Assembly (NCBI GenBank): GCA_035761325.1
Contig: DASTRG010000179.1
Coordinates: forward strand, 10,879 to 74,878
DNA length: 64,000 nt
Direction: 5' to 3'
Source: Rhizomicrobium sp.
GTDB lineage: Bacteria > Pseudomonadota > Alphaproteobacteria > Micropepsales > Micropepsaceae
Below, piece after piece: positions 25,631 to 35,632 of the stretch. The position numbers and the translations under genes were made by a program. Position 1 is the first letter of the stretch, and every line of letters begins with the position of its first letter. The notes under the pieces were generated by a model, which was not told the origin of the DNA, searched no databases, and saw only the letters and a program-made list of their open reading frames with translations.

Positions 25631-27658
25631 CTATTTTCCCGAAACCGTGACCGTATCGGGCGGCAGGATCGCGAAGGTGGGGTCGCCCGTAACCGGTCGG
25701 TAGGTAACTTGGCGGAAGCGCTCGCTGACATACCGATAGGCATTGAGGGCGCGGGGCGAATGACTGGCGACATAAGCTGCGCCGGTCCCCGCCCGCATGA
25801 TCATGCCCAATTCGGTCCAGTTCTCGGCAACCTCCTTGTCCGACACGTTGTTCAACCCACTCTTATTGAAAACTTCCGCCCAATTGTCGAAGCGCTTTTT
25901 GGTGGCTGGATCGTAAACCATGAGTATATAGGTCGCGCCTCGCGACGGATCGAATCCCTGGTTGCCGCTGGTGAAGAGACCGGCGAGGAAATTCGCCATC
26001 CAGCCCGCAACACGTCCCGCTTGCGGATAGCCCATATCGTTGATCCAGTTCAGCGTCACGATGAGAAAGGCATTCTGCCAGGGCGCCGTGGCGCCATCCG
26101 GACGATAATCGCCCGGCATCCAGCCTTCCAGGGCACCAGTATCCTTCATCTTGCCCTGTGCGATCATTGCGTCCGCCAGCTTGGCGAGATTGGCCTTGAG
26201 CTTGGCGTCGAAGTAGGCGTGCAAGGGATAATCGTCGGGAAGAATATAGGCGGCATTGGCAAGTGTACGCAGGGACCAGGCAAGGCCACGAACCTGGATC
26301 CAAGCCTCGACATGCTCGCCGATGAGAACCCCGTGGCTGCCGCCGCGATAATAGGGATCGTAAGACAGAAGCACATATGCGGCCTGGGCCGCGAGCTCGT
26401 CGCGATAATATTGCGAGCCGGTCACCAGATAGGGAAGATATGAAAGCGCCGGCTGATGCGCGTCGTCCAGGGTCCAGCCGTGATTTTCCTGCTGGAACCC
26501 TTCCGGCAGCACGCCGGGTTGAGCCTTGCCGCGCGAATCCAGCCACAATTGGGGGTAAGCATCGATGGTCAGTGGCAAGCCGGTCTTGCGGTCGCGCAGG
26601 TGCCACGGGACCGAGCCAGCCGCATCGGCGTTGGCGAGAAGAAGCTTGCGACTGTCTTCGCTGCCCTCCATCAGATCGACTACCGCCCAGGTCGGCATCG
26701 GCCCGATATCCATGCGGCCGCCGGTATCGGGCATGTGATTGTCGATCGTGCCCTGTTGCATCGGCTCGTCCGACATCTTCCCTGCCAGCCTGGAAATAGT
26801 GGCGGAAATCTCGCCTGCGATGGAAAAGTCCTGCGCATAATGCGGTACCGCCCCTGCCGCGGCCAGCGTCGCAAGATCCGGCTTTACGCGAATGGGCGGC
26901 CCACCATCCGTCCAGAGAAGATGATGCCAATCGGCGAATGTATAATGATAGACACTCTTCGCCTCGAATACCGGCGTGCCCGCCAGCATGATGGCGACAC
27001 TGTATTCCAGATTGTCGTTTCGGCGGATTCCCGTCCAGTCGTTATGGAAAATGACATCCACGCGCTGCGGCCCTTTTCTGGGCGTGAAGACATCGAACAG
27101 GATTTGCAGGTGATCACTGACGTCCGCGCTGTAACGGCGCTCCTGCGCAAGGGGACCGTCTATCCACAGCCGGGTCGATGCATTGCCGGGATCTCGGGCG
27201 ATTTTTTGTAGTTCGATGTCGATTCTGGCGGCGCCCTTGGGCGTGATCGAGACGGTGAGCGCCGGAACAGGCCCCGCCGCGAATGGGGCGGATGCCACCT
27301 GCGGGCCCTTGACCAGGACGCCCGCCAGCTCCTGACCGGACCTGAGCTTGGGCAATTCCAATGTCACGATCGCATGTCTGACGGAGCCGTCGGAATTAAA
27401 AGCCTTGGCATCGATCTGGGTGGCGACGGGATGACCATCGAGCATCGCCTCCAGCCTGTCGCCACGCCGGACCGAGCCGGGAAGAAACACCTGCCCGAAG
27501 CTGATTGTCCGTGCCGGTGATGACGCATCGGCTTCGATCCGGAACGTTCCGACATTGGCCGGGCTCTGCGCGCCGGCCGGCATCATGCTGCCCATGAAAC
27601 CGAACAACAACCCCAGCGCCGCAGGCAACCAGCTGCGGCATCCGATCTTCCAGCTCAT
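25631..27658 (-). CDS. Large secreted protein of unknown function (possible alpha-barrel polysaccharide lyase/hydrolase)
   Basis: Start 27658 with a signal peptide (MSWKIG...PAGAQ). FGQVFLPG, DGSVRHA, MPDTGGRMDIGPMPTW, DDAHQP, QVRGLAWSLRTL. The family link is inference only. Confidence 0.7.
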   Translation of the reverse strand: MSWKIGCRSWLPAALGLLFGFMGSMMPAGAQSPANVGTFRIEADASSPARTISFGQVFLPGSVRRGDRLEAMLDGHPVATQIDAKAFNSDGSVRHAIVTLELPKLRSGQELAGVLVKGPQVASAPFAAGPVPALTVSITPKGAARIDIELQKIARDPGNASTRLWIDGPLAQERRYSADVSDHLQILFDVFTPRKGPQRVDVIFHNDWTGIRRNDNLEYSVAIMLAGTPVFEAKSVYHYTFADWHHLLWTDGGPPIRVKPDLATLAAAGAVPHYAQDFSIAGEISATISRLAGKMSDEPMQQGTIDNHMPDTGGRMDIGPMPTWAVVDLMEGSEDSRKLLLANADAAGSVPWHLRDRKTGLPLTIDAYPQLWLDSRGKAQPGVLPEGFQQENHGWTLDDAHQPALSYLPYLVTGSQYYRDELAAQAAYVLLSYDPYYRGGSHGVLIGEHVEAWIQVRGLAWSLRTLANAAYILPDDYPLHAYFDAKLKANLAKLADAMIAQGKMKDTGALEGWMPGDYRPDGATAPWQNAFLIVTLNWINDMGYPQAGRVAGWMANFLAGLFTSGNQGFDPSRGATYILMVYDPATKKRFDNWAEVFNKSGLNNVSDKEVAENWTELGMIMRAGTGAAYVASHSPRALNAYRYVSERFRQVTYRPVTGDPTFAILPPDTVTVSGK

Positions 27659-28004
27659 TGAGAACCTGCGAATTCCGTCGCCGGCAATCTTAACATGGTC
27701 CAGGTTGGATTTCCCCTGCCAATTGGAGAGGCGCGAGGAATTGTAGGACACTGGTAAAGTATAGGGCGGGCCCGTTTCGATCTGGGCACGGCGCGAATGG
27801 ACTTCCCAGCGACCATTCATTAGACTACGCGGACGTTTTCCCATGTGTTGCAAGAGGGGGGCACAGCATGGCTTGCTGCGGCCAACGCCGTGGAGCTCAG
27901 GCGCCTGAGCATTGTGGATCGAATCACGAAAACACCCCGGCACTTGCTTTTGTCGCGCTTCCCGCTGGTGAGGCCTGCCTGCCAGCGTCTCCCAGAACCC
28001 CTCG

Positions 28005-29024
28005 ATGAACGCAAGCCCGACCTGGCGCGTGAGCGCCATCATTCCGTCTTACAATCGGGCCGATTTTCTGGGTGAAACCATCGCGTGCCTGATCGCTCAA
28101 AATGAACCGGTTTACGAGATCATCGTTGTCGACGACGGCTCGAAGGATGCGACCGCCGAAGTGGTCGCCGGTTTCGGGGACAGGGTGCGCTATCGGCGGA
28201 TAGAAAATTCGGGCGCGCCGGTGGCGCGGAATATCGGCGCGGAGATGGCGACCGGCGATTGGTTGTGGTTCTGCGACAGCGACGACCTCTGGAAGCCGAA
28301 TTTCCTGGCTTCAGTCCGCACCATTGCCGGGACGCCGCCCCATCCGCCGTTTCTCTTCGGGAATTTCCGCCTGGTACGTGACGGAATCTGGGAGCCAGAA
28401 AGCAAATTCGAAACGGCACCCAAGAGTTTCTGGGAGAATATTCCATCCCGCAAGGTTCCGGGCGGAACGATCCTACTCGAGCCCCTCTTTCGGCACATCC
28501 TGTCGTTCCAGCCGGTCTTTCCCTCTACCATCGTGATGCGGAAGTCGCTTTTCGATGCCGTGGGGGGCTTCGACGTCAAATTCGCCCGCACCGCCAGCGA
28601 GGATTTCGAGTTCACGCTCCGCTGCGTCGCGCATGCGCCCATCGGCGTGGTGGACGAAGCGCTGGTCGGCGTTCGCCGCCATGGAGGCAATTTCAGTGCC
28701 AATCAGCTGGCCAACCTCCTGGGCGAAGTCCGCATCCTCAACCATGCCCGACACCATCACGCGGCCGCGGCCCAATTCGCAGAGGAGGTCGACGCCGACA
28801 TCCGCCGCCGCAATGTCGAGGCGCTGGGCCTTGCCTTCAGCGAAGGGCGCTATACGCTGGTCCGTTCCCTAGCCGATGATATCGGCAGACCCAATCTCGA
28901 CGACCGTTCCCGGCTCAAGGTTCTTCTGGCCTCCTGCCCCGAGGCTGTTCGCACATCCCTGTTGGCCCTGATCCGGTGGATCAGGCCGGATGAACGCGTG
29001 CGCAAAAATGAAAAGCCGGGATAG
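28005..29024 (+). CDS. Glycosyltransferase family 2
   Basis: SAIIPSYNR, VVDDGS, ARNIG, FCDSDD, SEDFEF. Confidence 0.92.
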   Translation: MNASPTWRVSAIIPSYNRADFLGETIACLIAQNEPVYEIIVVDDGSKDATAEVVAGFGDRVRYRRIENSGAPVARNIGAEMATGDWLWFCDSDDLWKPNFLASVRTIAGTPPHPPFLFGNFRLVRDGIWEPESKFETAPKSFWENIPSRKVPGGTILLEPLFRHILSFQPVFPSTIVMRKSLFDAVGGFDVKFARTASEDFEFTLRCVAHAPIGVVDEALVGVRRHGGNFSANQLANLLGEVRILNHARHHHAAAAQFAEEVDADIRRRNVEALGLAFSEGRYTLVRSLADDIGRPNLDDRSRLKVLLASCPEAVRTSLLALIRWIRPDERVRKNEKPG

Positions 29025-29045
29025 CGGCGCCATCGCGCCAAGCGG

Positions 29046-29984
29046 CTAGCCTGGCGACAATCCCGCGCGGTCCCGCTTCGCGCCGTGCAGGATTCCCAAA
29101 TAGTAGGCATCACGAATGCTCCACAGGGTCCGCTCCTCGATCGGCCGACCGAGAAGCCGGGATACCAACAATTTGGCCTTGTGCTGGATTACGGCCCTTA
29201 TGATCCAGGGCGGAATCCCGAACCATGTCCGCCGCGGGGGGGTCCGGCTGTGAGTCGAAATCCAATCGGTCACGCCCAATCGGAAATTGCGCTGCCGTAC
29301 CCAGTCCAGTGTATAGCAGTCCCTGGGCACATAATGGTAGATCAGCGCGCCAGGCAGGTAGACCGGCTTGAGGCCGGCCGCGAGAAGCCGCTCCTGCAAT
29401 TCATTTTCTTCGCCGACCGGAGAATTTTTTTCTCCCGTCACGCCCAGATTCTCCGTGAAGAGGCCCACCTGCAAAAGCGCATTCTTGAAAGCTGCCCAAT
29501 TCGCGCCAAAGAAGAACTGGAAGTGCGACGCATCAAGCTCCGATTCAGCCTCACCCAGCGACCAGCCGGCCGCCGAACGAGGCAGAAAGGGCAGAAGGTG
29601 CGCCGGGCATTCGATTTCCGCATCGGGAACCAGCGGACCGCCAAAAAAGTGGCCGGGGCCGAATTTCCGCGCGGCCTCGATATAGGCGGCGATCAGGCTG
29701 GGAGCCACCTGCACATCGTCGTCGAGAAAGATCAGAAAATCCGCATCGCTGGCGCGGATCGCCCGATTGAGGGCCGGCGACTTGCGGGCAGGAGCCGAAT
29801 AGGAGTAGCGCACCCTTCCGCCGGTAGAGAATTTCCGGCAGATCGCCTCGGCGCCGCAAGGCGCACCATTCTCCACTACGTGGATCGTGACGTCGCCGGG
29901 AAGCCCCGTCTGCTCCAGATTGACAAGCAACCGCTCCAAAAAAGCAGGGCGCCTGTAGGTCGGTACGATGATCGTCGTCTTCAT
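29046..29984 (-). CDS. Glycosyltransferase family 2
   Basis: IIVPTYRR, VVENG, ALNRAI, FLDDD, GANWA, GEENEL. Confidence 0.9.
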   Translation of the reverse strand: MKTTIIVPTYRRPAFLERLLVNLEQTGLPGDVTIHVVENGAPCGAEAICRKFSTGGRVRYSYSAPARKSPALNRAIRASDADFLIFLDDDVQVAPSLIAAYIEAARKFGPGHFFGGPLVPDAEIECPAHLLPFLPRSAAGWSLGEAESELDASHFQFFFGANWAAFKNALLQVGLFTENLGVTGEKNSPVGEENELQERLLAAGLKPVYLPGALIYHYVPRDCYTLDWVRQRNFRLGVTDWISTHSRTPPRRTWFGIPPWIIRAVIQHKAKLLVSRLLGRPIEERTLWSIRDAYYLGILHGAKRDRAGLSPG

Positions 29985-30163
29985 GCTGTTCTTCGGCAGA
30001 CCGGTCCGTCATGAGGTCGCGGCAGCGAAATTGGCCCTCACCCCGCCACCTAAGTTAGACTGCCGGGGTCCACTTGGAAATGCGAGTCCCTGGGATTGGC
30101 GTGGCTTGCCAAGGCCGCCGCCATCATGGGAAAAACCGCGGCGAAGGCGGGAAGAGCATCTGA

Positions 30164-30925
30164 ATGCGTCAGAGCCTGACATTCCATATTGCAAGAGTGC
30201 TGGGCCCACGCGTCGGCGCGTGGTTCGGCGCTCGCCCGATTTCCGATCTCTGGCCCAGGGGCGTTGTCTCGTTTACTTTCGATGATTTTCCCAAATCCGC
30301 CTTGACCACGGGCGGAGCCATCCTGGAGCGCCATGGCGCACGCGGCACCTATTATACGGCGTTGAAGCTTGCCGGGATCGAAAACAATCTCGGCCCCTCC
30401 TTCGATGAAAGCGACGTGGTCGCGGCGTACCAAAAAGGCCATGAGATCGCCTGTCACACCCATACCCATCTCAATTGCGCGCGATCCAGCCCCAGCGCCA
30501 TCAAACAGGAAATTCACGCCAATGCCCGGGATTTCTCGGGACTCCTCGCCGGCGCAGCGCTGAAAAATTTTGCCTATCCTTATGGCGCAGTCTCGCGCCA
30601 GGCCAGGCGGTCATTGATATGGCGATTTCAATCCTGCCGGGGCATCCGGCCCGGCCTCAACAAGGCCGTGCCGGCACTGGCGGAACTGCTCGCCAACCGG
30701 ATTTACGCGCGGGATTTCGACAGCGAAAGGATCCGAGAGATGATTGCGCAGAACAAGTCGGAGAAAAGCTGGCTGATCTTCTACACCCATGATGTGACGA
30801 ACGATCCATCTCCCTATGGCTGCACGCCCGAACAGTTCGAAACAGTCGTGGCAGAGGCCGTGAAGACTTCGCCCGTTCTGCCGGTGCGCGATGTGATCGC
30901 CCGCTTGCGCGGCGCTGGGTGCTGA
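30164..30925 (+). CDS. Polysaccharide deacetylase (CE4/NodB-like)
   Basis: SFTFDD, HEIACHTHTH, FAYPYG and FYTHDV are the CE4 motifs. Confidence 0.88.
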   Translation: MRQSLTFHIARVLGPRVGAWFGARPISDLWPRGVVSFTFDDFPKSALTTGGAILERHGARGTYYTALKLAGIENNLGPSFDESDVVAAYQKGHEIACHTHTHLNCARSSPSAIKQEIHANARDFSGLLAGAALKNFAYPYGAVSRQARRSLIWRFQSCRGIRPGLNKAVPALAELLANRIYARDFDSERIREMIAQNKSEKSWLIFYTHDVTNDPSPYGCTPEQFETVVAEAVKTSPVLPVRDVIARLRGAGC

Positions 30926-30948
30926 ATTATCCATTGCAGGAAGGCCCT

Positions 30949-32022
30949 TCAGGCCGCCAGCGGCCTGAGGGGGGCAGCCTCGCGAAGGAGCGCAAGCAGG
31001 GCATCGATCTGGTTCGCGCTGTCCAGTTCAGGACGCCCAGCATGGGCGAGTGCCGCCTGGGATTTCTCCCGATAATAGTCGGCATCCGTCCACAGCCGGC
31101 GTATCTCCCCGACCCAGAGATCGATGGGCGCCTCTGGATCGAGAATGGCGCCGCCCGGGCCGACTGCTTCGGGCAAGCCGCCACGATTGGATGCGACCAC
31201 CGGAATGCCGTTTATGTGGGCTTCAGACGCAACTCGGCCCCATGCCTCTTCGCACAGGCTGGGGGCAAGCAGGATCTTCGCTCCGCTGTAGATGCTTTTC
31301 ATGTCGTCGGTTCGCGGCTTCAGCTTTACATTCGGGAGCGTCCTGAGCCGCGCATGCAGGTTTTCCCTGTGCGTGCCTTCCAGTTCCCAGCTTTCGACCA
31401 GGCAAAATGGAATCTCCGGCAGGCGGCTGGCGATATCGAGCACCAGATTGCCGCCTTTCTGGGGGTGGGGATTGATCATGGTGACGTAGCGGGGGTTGCG
31501 CGCCGCCAGATAGCGGCCGGCGCGAATGAGCGGCGGAATGACGACCGGTTGCAGCCCGTAGGTCTCTTCGCAGCGCCTGGCCGTAAACCGGGAATTGGCA
31601 GCGAAGCGGACATGCTTCAGCGTGCCGGGGTCCCCGCTCAACTGGCGGAAAAATACATCCTGAAAATAGGCAACGGTGGGAACCGACAGCGCCGCGAGTT
31701 CGCGTGCTATTCCATAAATGTCTTTCGGCAGGGCAACGGCGACATCGGGGGCAATGGCGGCAATGGGCTGGCGCAGATCCGACATCGTCCATCGGCGATA
31801 AACAGAATAGCCATGCATGCGGTCGCGGACAGTCTCCTGCCGCAACACCTTCATGAGAAATCGCGTGCGCAGTCCCACGTAGCCCCGGTAATCAAGGGTG
31901 GTGAGCACCGAAGGCTGATGCCCGCGCTCGATCAGCGCCAGTGCCAGCTCGTGAATAAGAGACTGGCAACCACCATTTCCCTGCGGCAGGTAATGCAGAT
32001 CCGTCACGAAAAGAATCTTCAT
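30949..32022 (-). CDS. Glycosyltransferase family 4
   Basis: MKILFV, INPHPQKG, EAWGRVASEA (EX7E), SNRGGLPEAV. Confidence 0.9.
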   Translation of the reverse strand: MKILFVTDLHYLPQGNGGCQSLIHELALALIERGHQPSVLTTLDYRGYVGLRTRFLMKVLRQETVRDRMHGYSVYRRWTMSDLRQPIAAIAPDVAVALPKDIYGIARELAALSVPTVAYFQDVFFRQLSGDPGTLKHVRFAANSRFTARRCEETYGLQPVVIPPLIRAGRYLAARNPRYVTMINPHPQKGGNLVLDIASRLPEIPFCLVESWELEGTHRENLHARLRTLPNVKLKPRTDDMKSIYSGAKILLAPSLCEEAWGRVASEAHINGIPVVASNRGGLPEAVGPGGAILDPEAPIDLWVGEIRRLWTDADYYREKSQAALAHAGRPELDSANQIDALLALLREAAPLRPLAA

Positions 32023-32040
32023 AGCCGCCCCGCGCTCGCG

Positions 32041-32994
32041 TCACCGGAATCGCGACGCGATTCTGGGTCCGCCCTGCCGGCTTAGCCATCGCGGCCGTTT
32101 CTCCTGGCGCTCGCGCCAACCATCTTCATAGCCTTGATCGGCCACCCATTCCCATTGGCGAGCCCACGCCTCCGCGGGATCGTAGAAACGCATGAGCAGC
32201 GGATAAAGGCTCCAGCGCAGAAAATTCTTCCGGCTGAGGCGCTGGGGGGAATAGTGATGCGGCTCCTGCATGTGCGCCTGGCCCCGGCCCCAGCGATAGC
32301 CCCGCATGAGGATCGCTGCCCGTTCCAACTGGTGCGGCCGGATGATGTGCTCGACCCTCGGGCCGGGCGAGAACCAGCATTTATATCCCAGACTAGCCAG
32401 CCGCCGCGCCAGCTGTGTTTCGCTTCCCATCGGATAGCCGCGCGAACTGTCGGGGCCGATCCTCTCATCGAACCTAATGCCGCCGTCAGCAAAAATCGCC
32501 GCCCGAAGCGCCATGTTTGTTCCCAGCATGCATCTGGGATCGCAGGGGCCTTCCTGTAAATGTTCATTGGTGCCGAAGATGATGCTGATGTCTTGGCTCT
32601 TCAAGCTCCACTCGGGCGGGTCGGTCTGCCAGAAAGGCACCGTCTTTCCCGCGAAGAGCGAATATTCGGGAAGGCCATCCGCCAGCGCCCGCCATCGCAA
32701 AAGCCAATCTTCCGCGACAATCACATCGTCGTCGCAAAAAATGAAAAAATCTCCTTCCGCATACTCGAGTGCGCGATTGAGGCTTCTGTTTTTGCCGGGA
32801 ACCGATTCCTGTAGCACCGTCAAAGGCAGGTTTTGCGCATAGGCATCCAATATGTTCCGCGTGTCGTCCGTGCTCGCATTGTTCACGGCGATGAATTTGC
32901 AGCCGCCGGTGGGCATTTTGGCGCGCGCAAGGCTGGCGAGCATCTTGGGAAGCACGGTGCCGCCATTATGGGTGGCAAACAGAACGGACATCAT
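32041..32994 (-). CDS. Glycosyltransferase family 2
   Basis: LFATHNG, VNNASTD, GKNRSLN, FCDDD, GTNMA. Confidence 0.9.
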   Translation of the reverse strand: MMSVLFATHNGGTVLPKMLASLARAKMPTGGCKFIAVNNASTDDTRNILDAYAQNLPLTVLQESVPGKNRSLNRALEYAEGDFFIFCDDDVIVAEDWLLRWRALADGLPEYSLFAGKTVPFWQTDPPEWSLKSQDISIIFGTNEHLQEGPCDPRCMLGTNMALRAAIFADGGIRFDERIGPDSSRGYPMGSETQLARRLASLGYKCWFSPGPRVEHIIRPHQLERAAILMRGYRWGRGQAHMQEPHHYSPQRLSRKNFLRWSLYPLLMRFYDPAEAWARQWEWVADQGYEDGWRERQEKRPRWLSRQGGPRIASRFR

Positions 32995-33128
32995 GTCAGG
33001 GACACCGTGCTAGGGAATAGCCATTTCGGATTCGGCTCTGGAAGAAAAAATCTCGGCAACATATATTACACGAAGAGCTGGCGTTTTGAATATGCTCCGG
33101 TGCCAGGATCCGCGATAGGTAAACGCCG

Positions 33129-34028
33129 ATGGGGGGATTGGGAATCCGCCGCATACATGCCGCCCTGGACCAAATCGTTCACGATCGCCTTTATTCCGGT
33201 CGCGCGATGGTGGGCGGCCCTGACCGGAACGGTTTTTCCATTGACGATCTTCCGGACGCGTCCGCCCTTTGCGTGGTCGCCCATCCCGACGATGAGATTA
33301 TTGGCGCGGGGTACATGCTGACGCGGCTGCCCACGGCCACCATCGTCCTTGTCACCGACGGCGCGCCACGGGACGGTGGTGCGACGGCACGCGCGGCGGG
33401 CTTCGCCGGTAATGGCGATTACCGGAAATCCCGCGAGAAGGAGGCAGCGGCGGCGCTGGCGCTCACCGGCAATCCGTCCCTTTCCCTTATCCATTTCGCC
33501 GTTCCAGATCAGCAAGCCATTTTCAACGCGACCAGATTGACGCTTCGGCTTGCAGACATCATGCGCCGAGGTAAATTTCGTTATGTGATTACCCATCCCT
33601 ATGAAGGGGGGCATCCCGACCATGACGCAGCCGCTCTGGCAGTACATGCCGCCTGTCTTCTCTTGCGCGATGAAGCCGCGCCCGTCGTCGTTGAGATGAC
33701 GAGCTACCATCTGCTGAACGGAGAGATGGCTTACGGGCAGTTCCTGCCCCACGACAAGGCCGGGGTGGTAAAAACGTTTCTTCTCGACCCGCGAGAGCAG
33801 GCGCTGAAGCGCCGGATGCTTGCCTGCCATCAGAGTCAGAACAAAATACTTGAAAACTTTCCCGTCGATGCCGAGAGGTTCCGCGCCGCACCACCCTATG
33901 ATTTCCTGGACGCACCACATCCCGGTCGTCTGGCTTACGAAACCTTTCTTTGGAAAATCGATGGCGCGGCGTGGCGGCGGGCCGCGACGCGGGTCTTGAA
34001 TCGGCTGGGCCTGCTAAGTAGGCGTTGA
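33129..34028 (+). CDS. PIG-L/LmbE-family deacetylase (canonical motifs)
   Basis: VAHPDDE, VTDG, SREKEA, THPYEGGHPDHD. Start uncertain. Confidence 0.88.
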   Translation: MGGLGIRRIHAALDQIVHDRLYSGRAMVGGPDRNGFSIDDLPDASALCVVAHPDDEIIGAGYMLTRLPTATIVLVTDGAPRDGGATARAAGFAGNGDYRKSREKEAAAALALTGNPSLSLIHFAVPDQQAIFNATRLTLRLADIMRRGKFRYVITHPYEGGHPDHDAAALAVHAACLLLRDEAAPVVVEMTSYHLLNGEMAYGQFLPHDKAGVVKTFLLDPREQALKRRMLACHQSQNKILENFPVDAERFRAAPPYDFLDAPHPGRLAYETFLWKIDGAAWRRAATRVLNRLGLLSRR

Positions 34029-34330
34029 AGCCCGGCCAGTTGCGGTTGCGGCTGCGTCTGGCGATCACCGGCACTTCCGTGCATACCAGATTAGCTTCAC
34101 GTCCTGTTGGCCGCTAGTTTGGCAAACATGCAGGCCCTGAAGTTACGAAAATCCCGCAGAATAGTCACTGCGGCACCAAAGGTTTCCGCCTCGTCGTAGC
34201 ATCAACCCGTTGGTACCATAGGAGGATTCGGCAACAGGCGGAAAATGTATACTCTAGAACATAAAATCGGATCCGCTTGAGCCATTTTCCATCTGGTCGG
34301 AGTACCAGAGTATTGGGCGGCGCGGGTGAT

Positions 34331-35584
34331 ATGACCAACATAGCGGGGTACGGCGCAGGGGCGTGGAACGCATTAGCGGCGGAAGGACCGCCGCAAGTCA
34401 CCTCCGCGATCTCGGCGCGCAAATTCGAGAGCAGATGTCTTCGCAAATTCCTTACCATCGAGGAATTTGAAGCCGCAGCCAGGCGCAAGCTGCCGCGTAT
34501 CCTGTACGACTATGCCGCCAGCGGCACGGAAACTGACGCCTCGCTTCGCCAGAACCGGCAAAGCTATGCCAGATATGAACTAGTGCCGCGCGTGCTCGTG
34601 GGCAGGAGCAGGTGCGATACCGGGGCGCGCCTCTTCGGCCGGCGCTACAGCGCGCCATTCGGTATCGCCCCCATGGGGGCGAGCGCGCTTTTCACGTATC
34701 GCGCCGACATCAAGATGGCGGAAGCCGCGCGGGCAGCAGACATTCCCATGGTGCTCAGCGGCGCCTCCCTGATCGCCCTGGAAGAGGTTGCAGTGGTGGC
34801 GCCGGGAACCTGGTTCCAGGCCTATCTTCCCGGCCATCCCGACCAGATCAGGCGCCTGATCCAGCGGGTTGCGCGCGCCGGCTATGAGACGCTGGTGGTG
34901 ACCGTCGATGTGCCTGTGCCCGGCAATCGCGAAACGGACAAGCGCAACGGATTCAATGTGACGCTCGCGCCAAGTGCGAGGCTGTTATGGGATGGCGTCA
35001 CCCATCCCGCATGGCTGCTGGGCACGGCTCTTCGCACGATCATGCTGCGTGGCATGCCCCATCTGGAGAATTACAGGGCCTCGCGCGGCCCTTCGATGCT
35101 GTCGGGGATCGACATTGGTGACGGCGGCGCGGTCTTGCGTCATGGCTGGGCGGAGATCCGGCTGGTGCGCAGCCTGTGGAAGGGTAACCTCGTGGTGAAA
35201 GGCATTCTCTCGGCCGCTGACGCCCGCCAAGCCCAGGAATGCGGGGTTGATGGCATCATCATCTCAAACCACGGCGGCAGGCAACTGGATGGCGCTGTTG
35301 CCCCCTTGCGGATATTGGCGGCGGTCCGTGAGGCGGTTCCAGGTCTGACTGTCATGATCGATGGCGGCGTTCGCCGCGGAACCGATGTGATCAAGGCGCT
35401 CGCGCTGGGGAGCGACTTCGTGTTCATCGGCCGCCCGTTCCTTTACGCGGCCGCCGTTGCCGGCGCCGAGGGGGTCACGCACGCCATTCGCCTGATGGGC
35501 GGGGAAATCCGGCGCAACATGGTCCTGCTGGGCATCGGATCGCTCAAGGAATTGACCCCATCGTTCGTGTCGGAGGCGTATTGA
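34331..35584 (+). CDS. FMN-dependent alpha-hydroxy acid oxidase/dehydrogenase (LldD/mandelate dehydrogenase family)
   Basis: PFGIAPMG, WFQAY, TVDVP..GNRE, VVKGI, SNHGGRQLDG, DGGVRRGTDVIKALALG. Start uncertain (34277 or 34331). Confidence 0.92.
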   Translation: MTNIAGYGAGAWNALAAEGPPQVTSAISARKFESRCLRKFLTIEEFEAAARRKLPRILYDYAASGTETDASLRQNRQSYARYELVPRVLVGRSRCDTGARLFGRRYSAPFGIAPMGASALFTYRADIKMAEAARAADIPMVLSGASLIALEEVAVVAPGTWFQAYLPGHPDQIRRLIQRVARAGYETLVVTVDVPVPGNRETDKRNGFNVTLAPSARLLWDGVTHPAWLLGTALRTIMLRGMPHLENYRASRGPSMLSGIDIGDGGAVLRHGWAEIRLVRSLWKGNLVVKGILSAADARQAQECGVDGIIISNHGGRQLDGAVAPLRILAAVREAVPGLTVMIDGGVRRGTDVIKALALGSDFVFIGRPFLYAAAVAGAEGVTHAIRLMGGEIRRNMVLLGIGSLKELTPSFVSEAY

Positions 35585-35632
35585 TGCACACCCTTCGATC
35601 GACGACATGAATTTCAGGACAGACCCGTTCCC

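Noticed and set aside
27659-28042. 128-aa N-terminal extension of the large secreted protein
   Set aside because: It overlaps the divergent GT2 start and intergenic region. The signal peptide begins at 27658.
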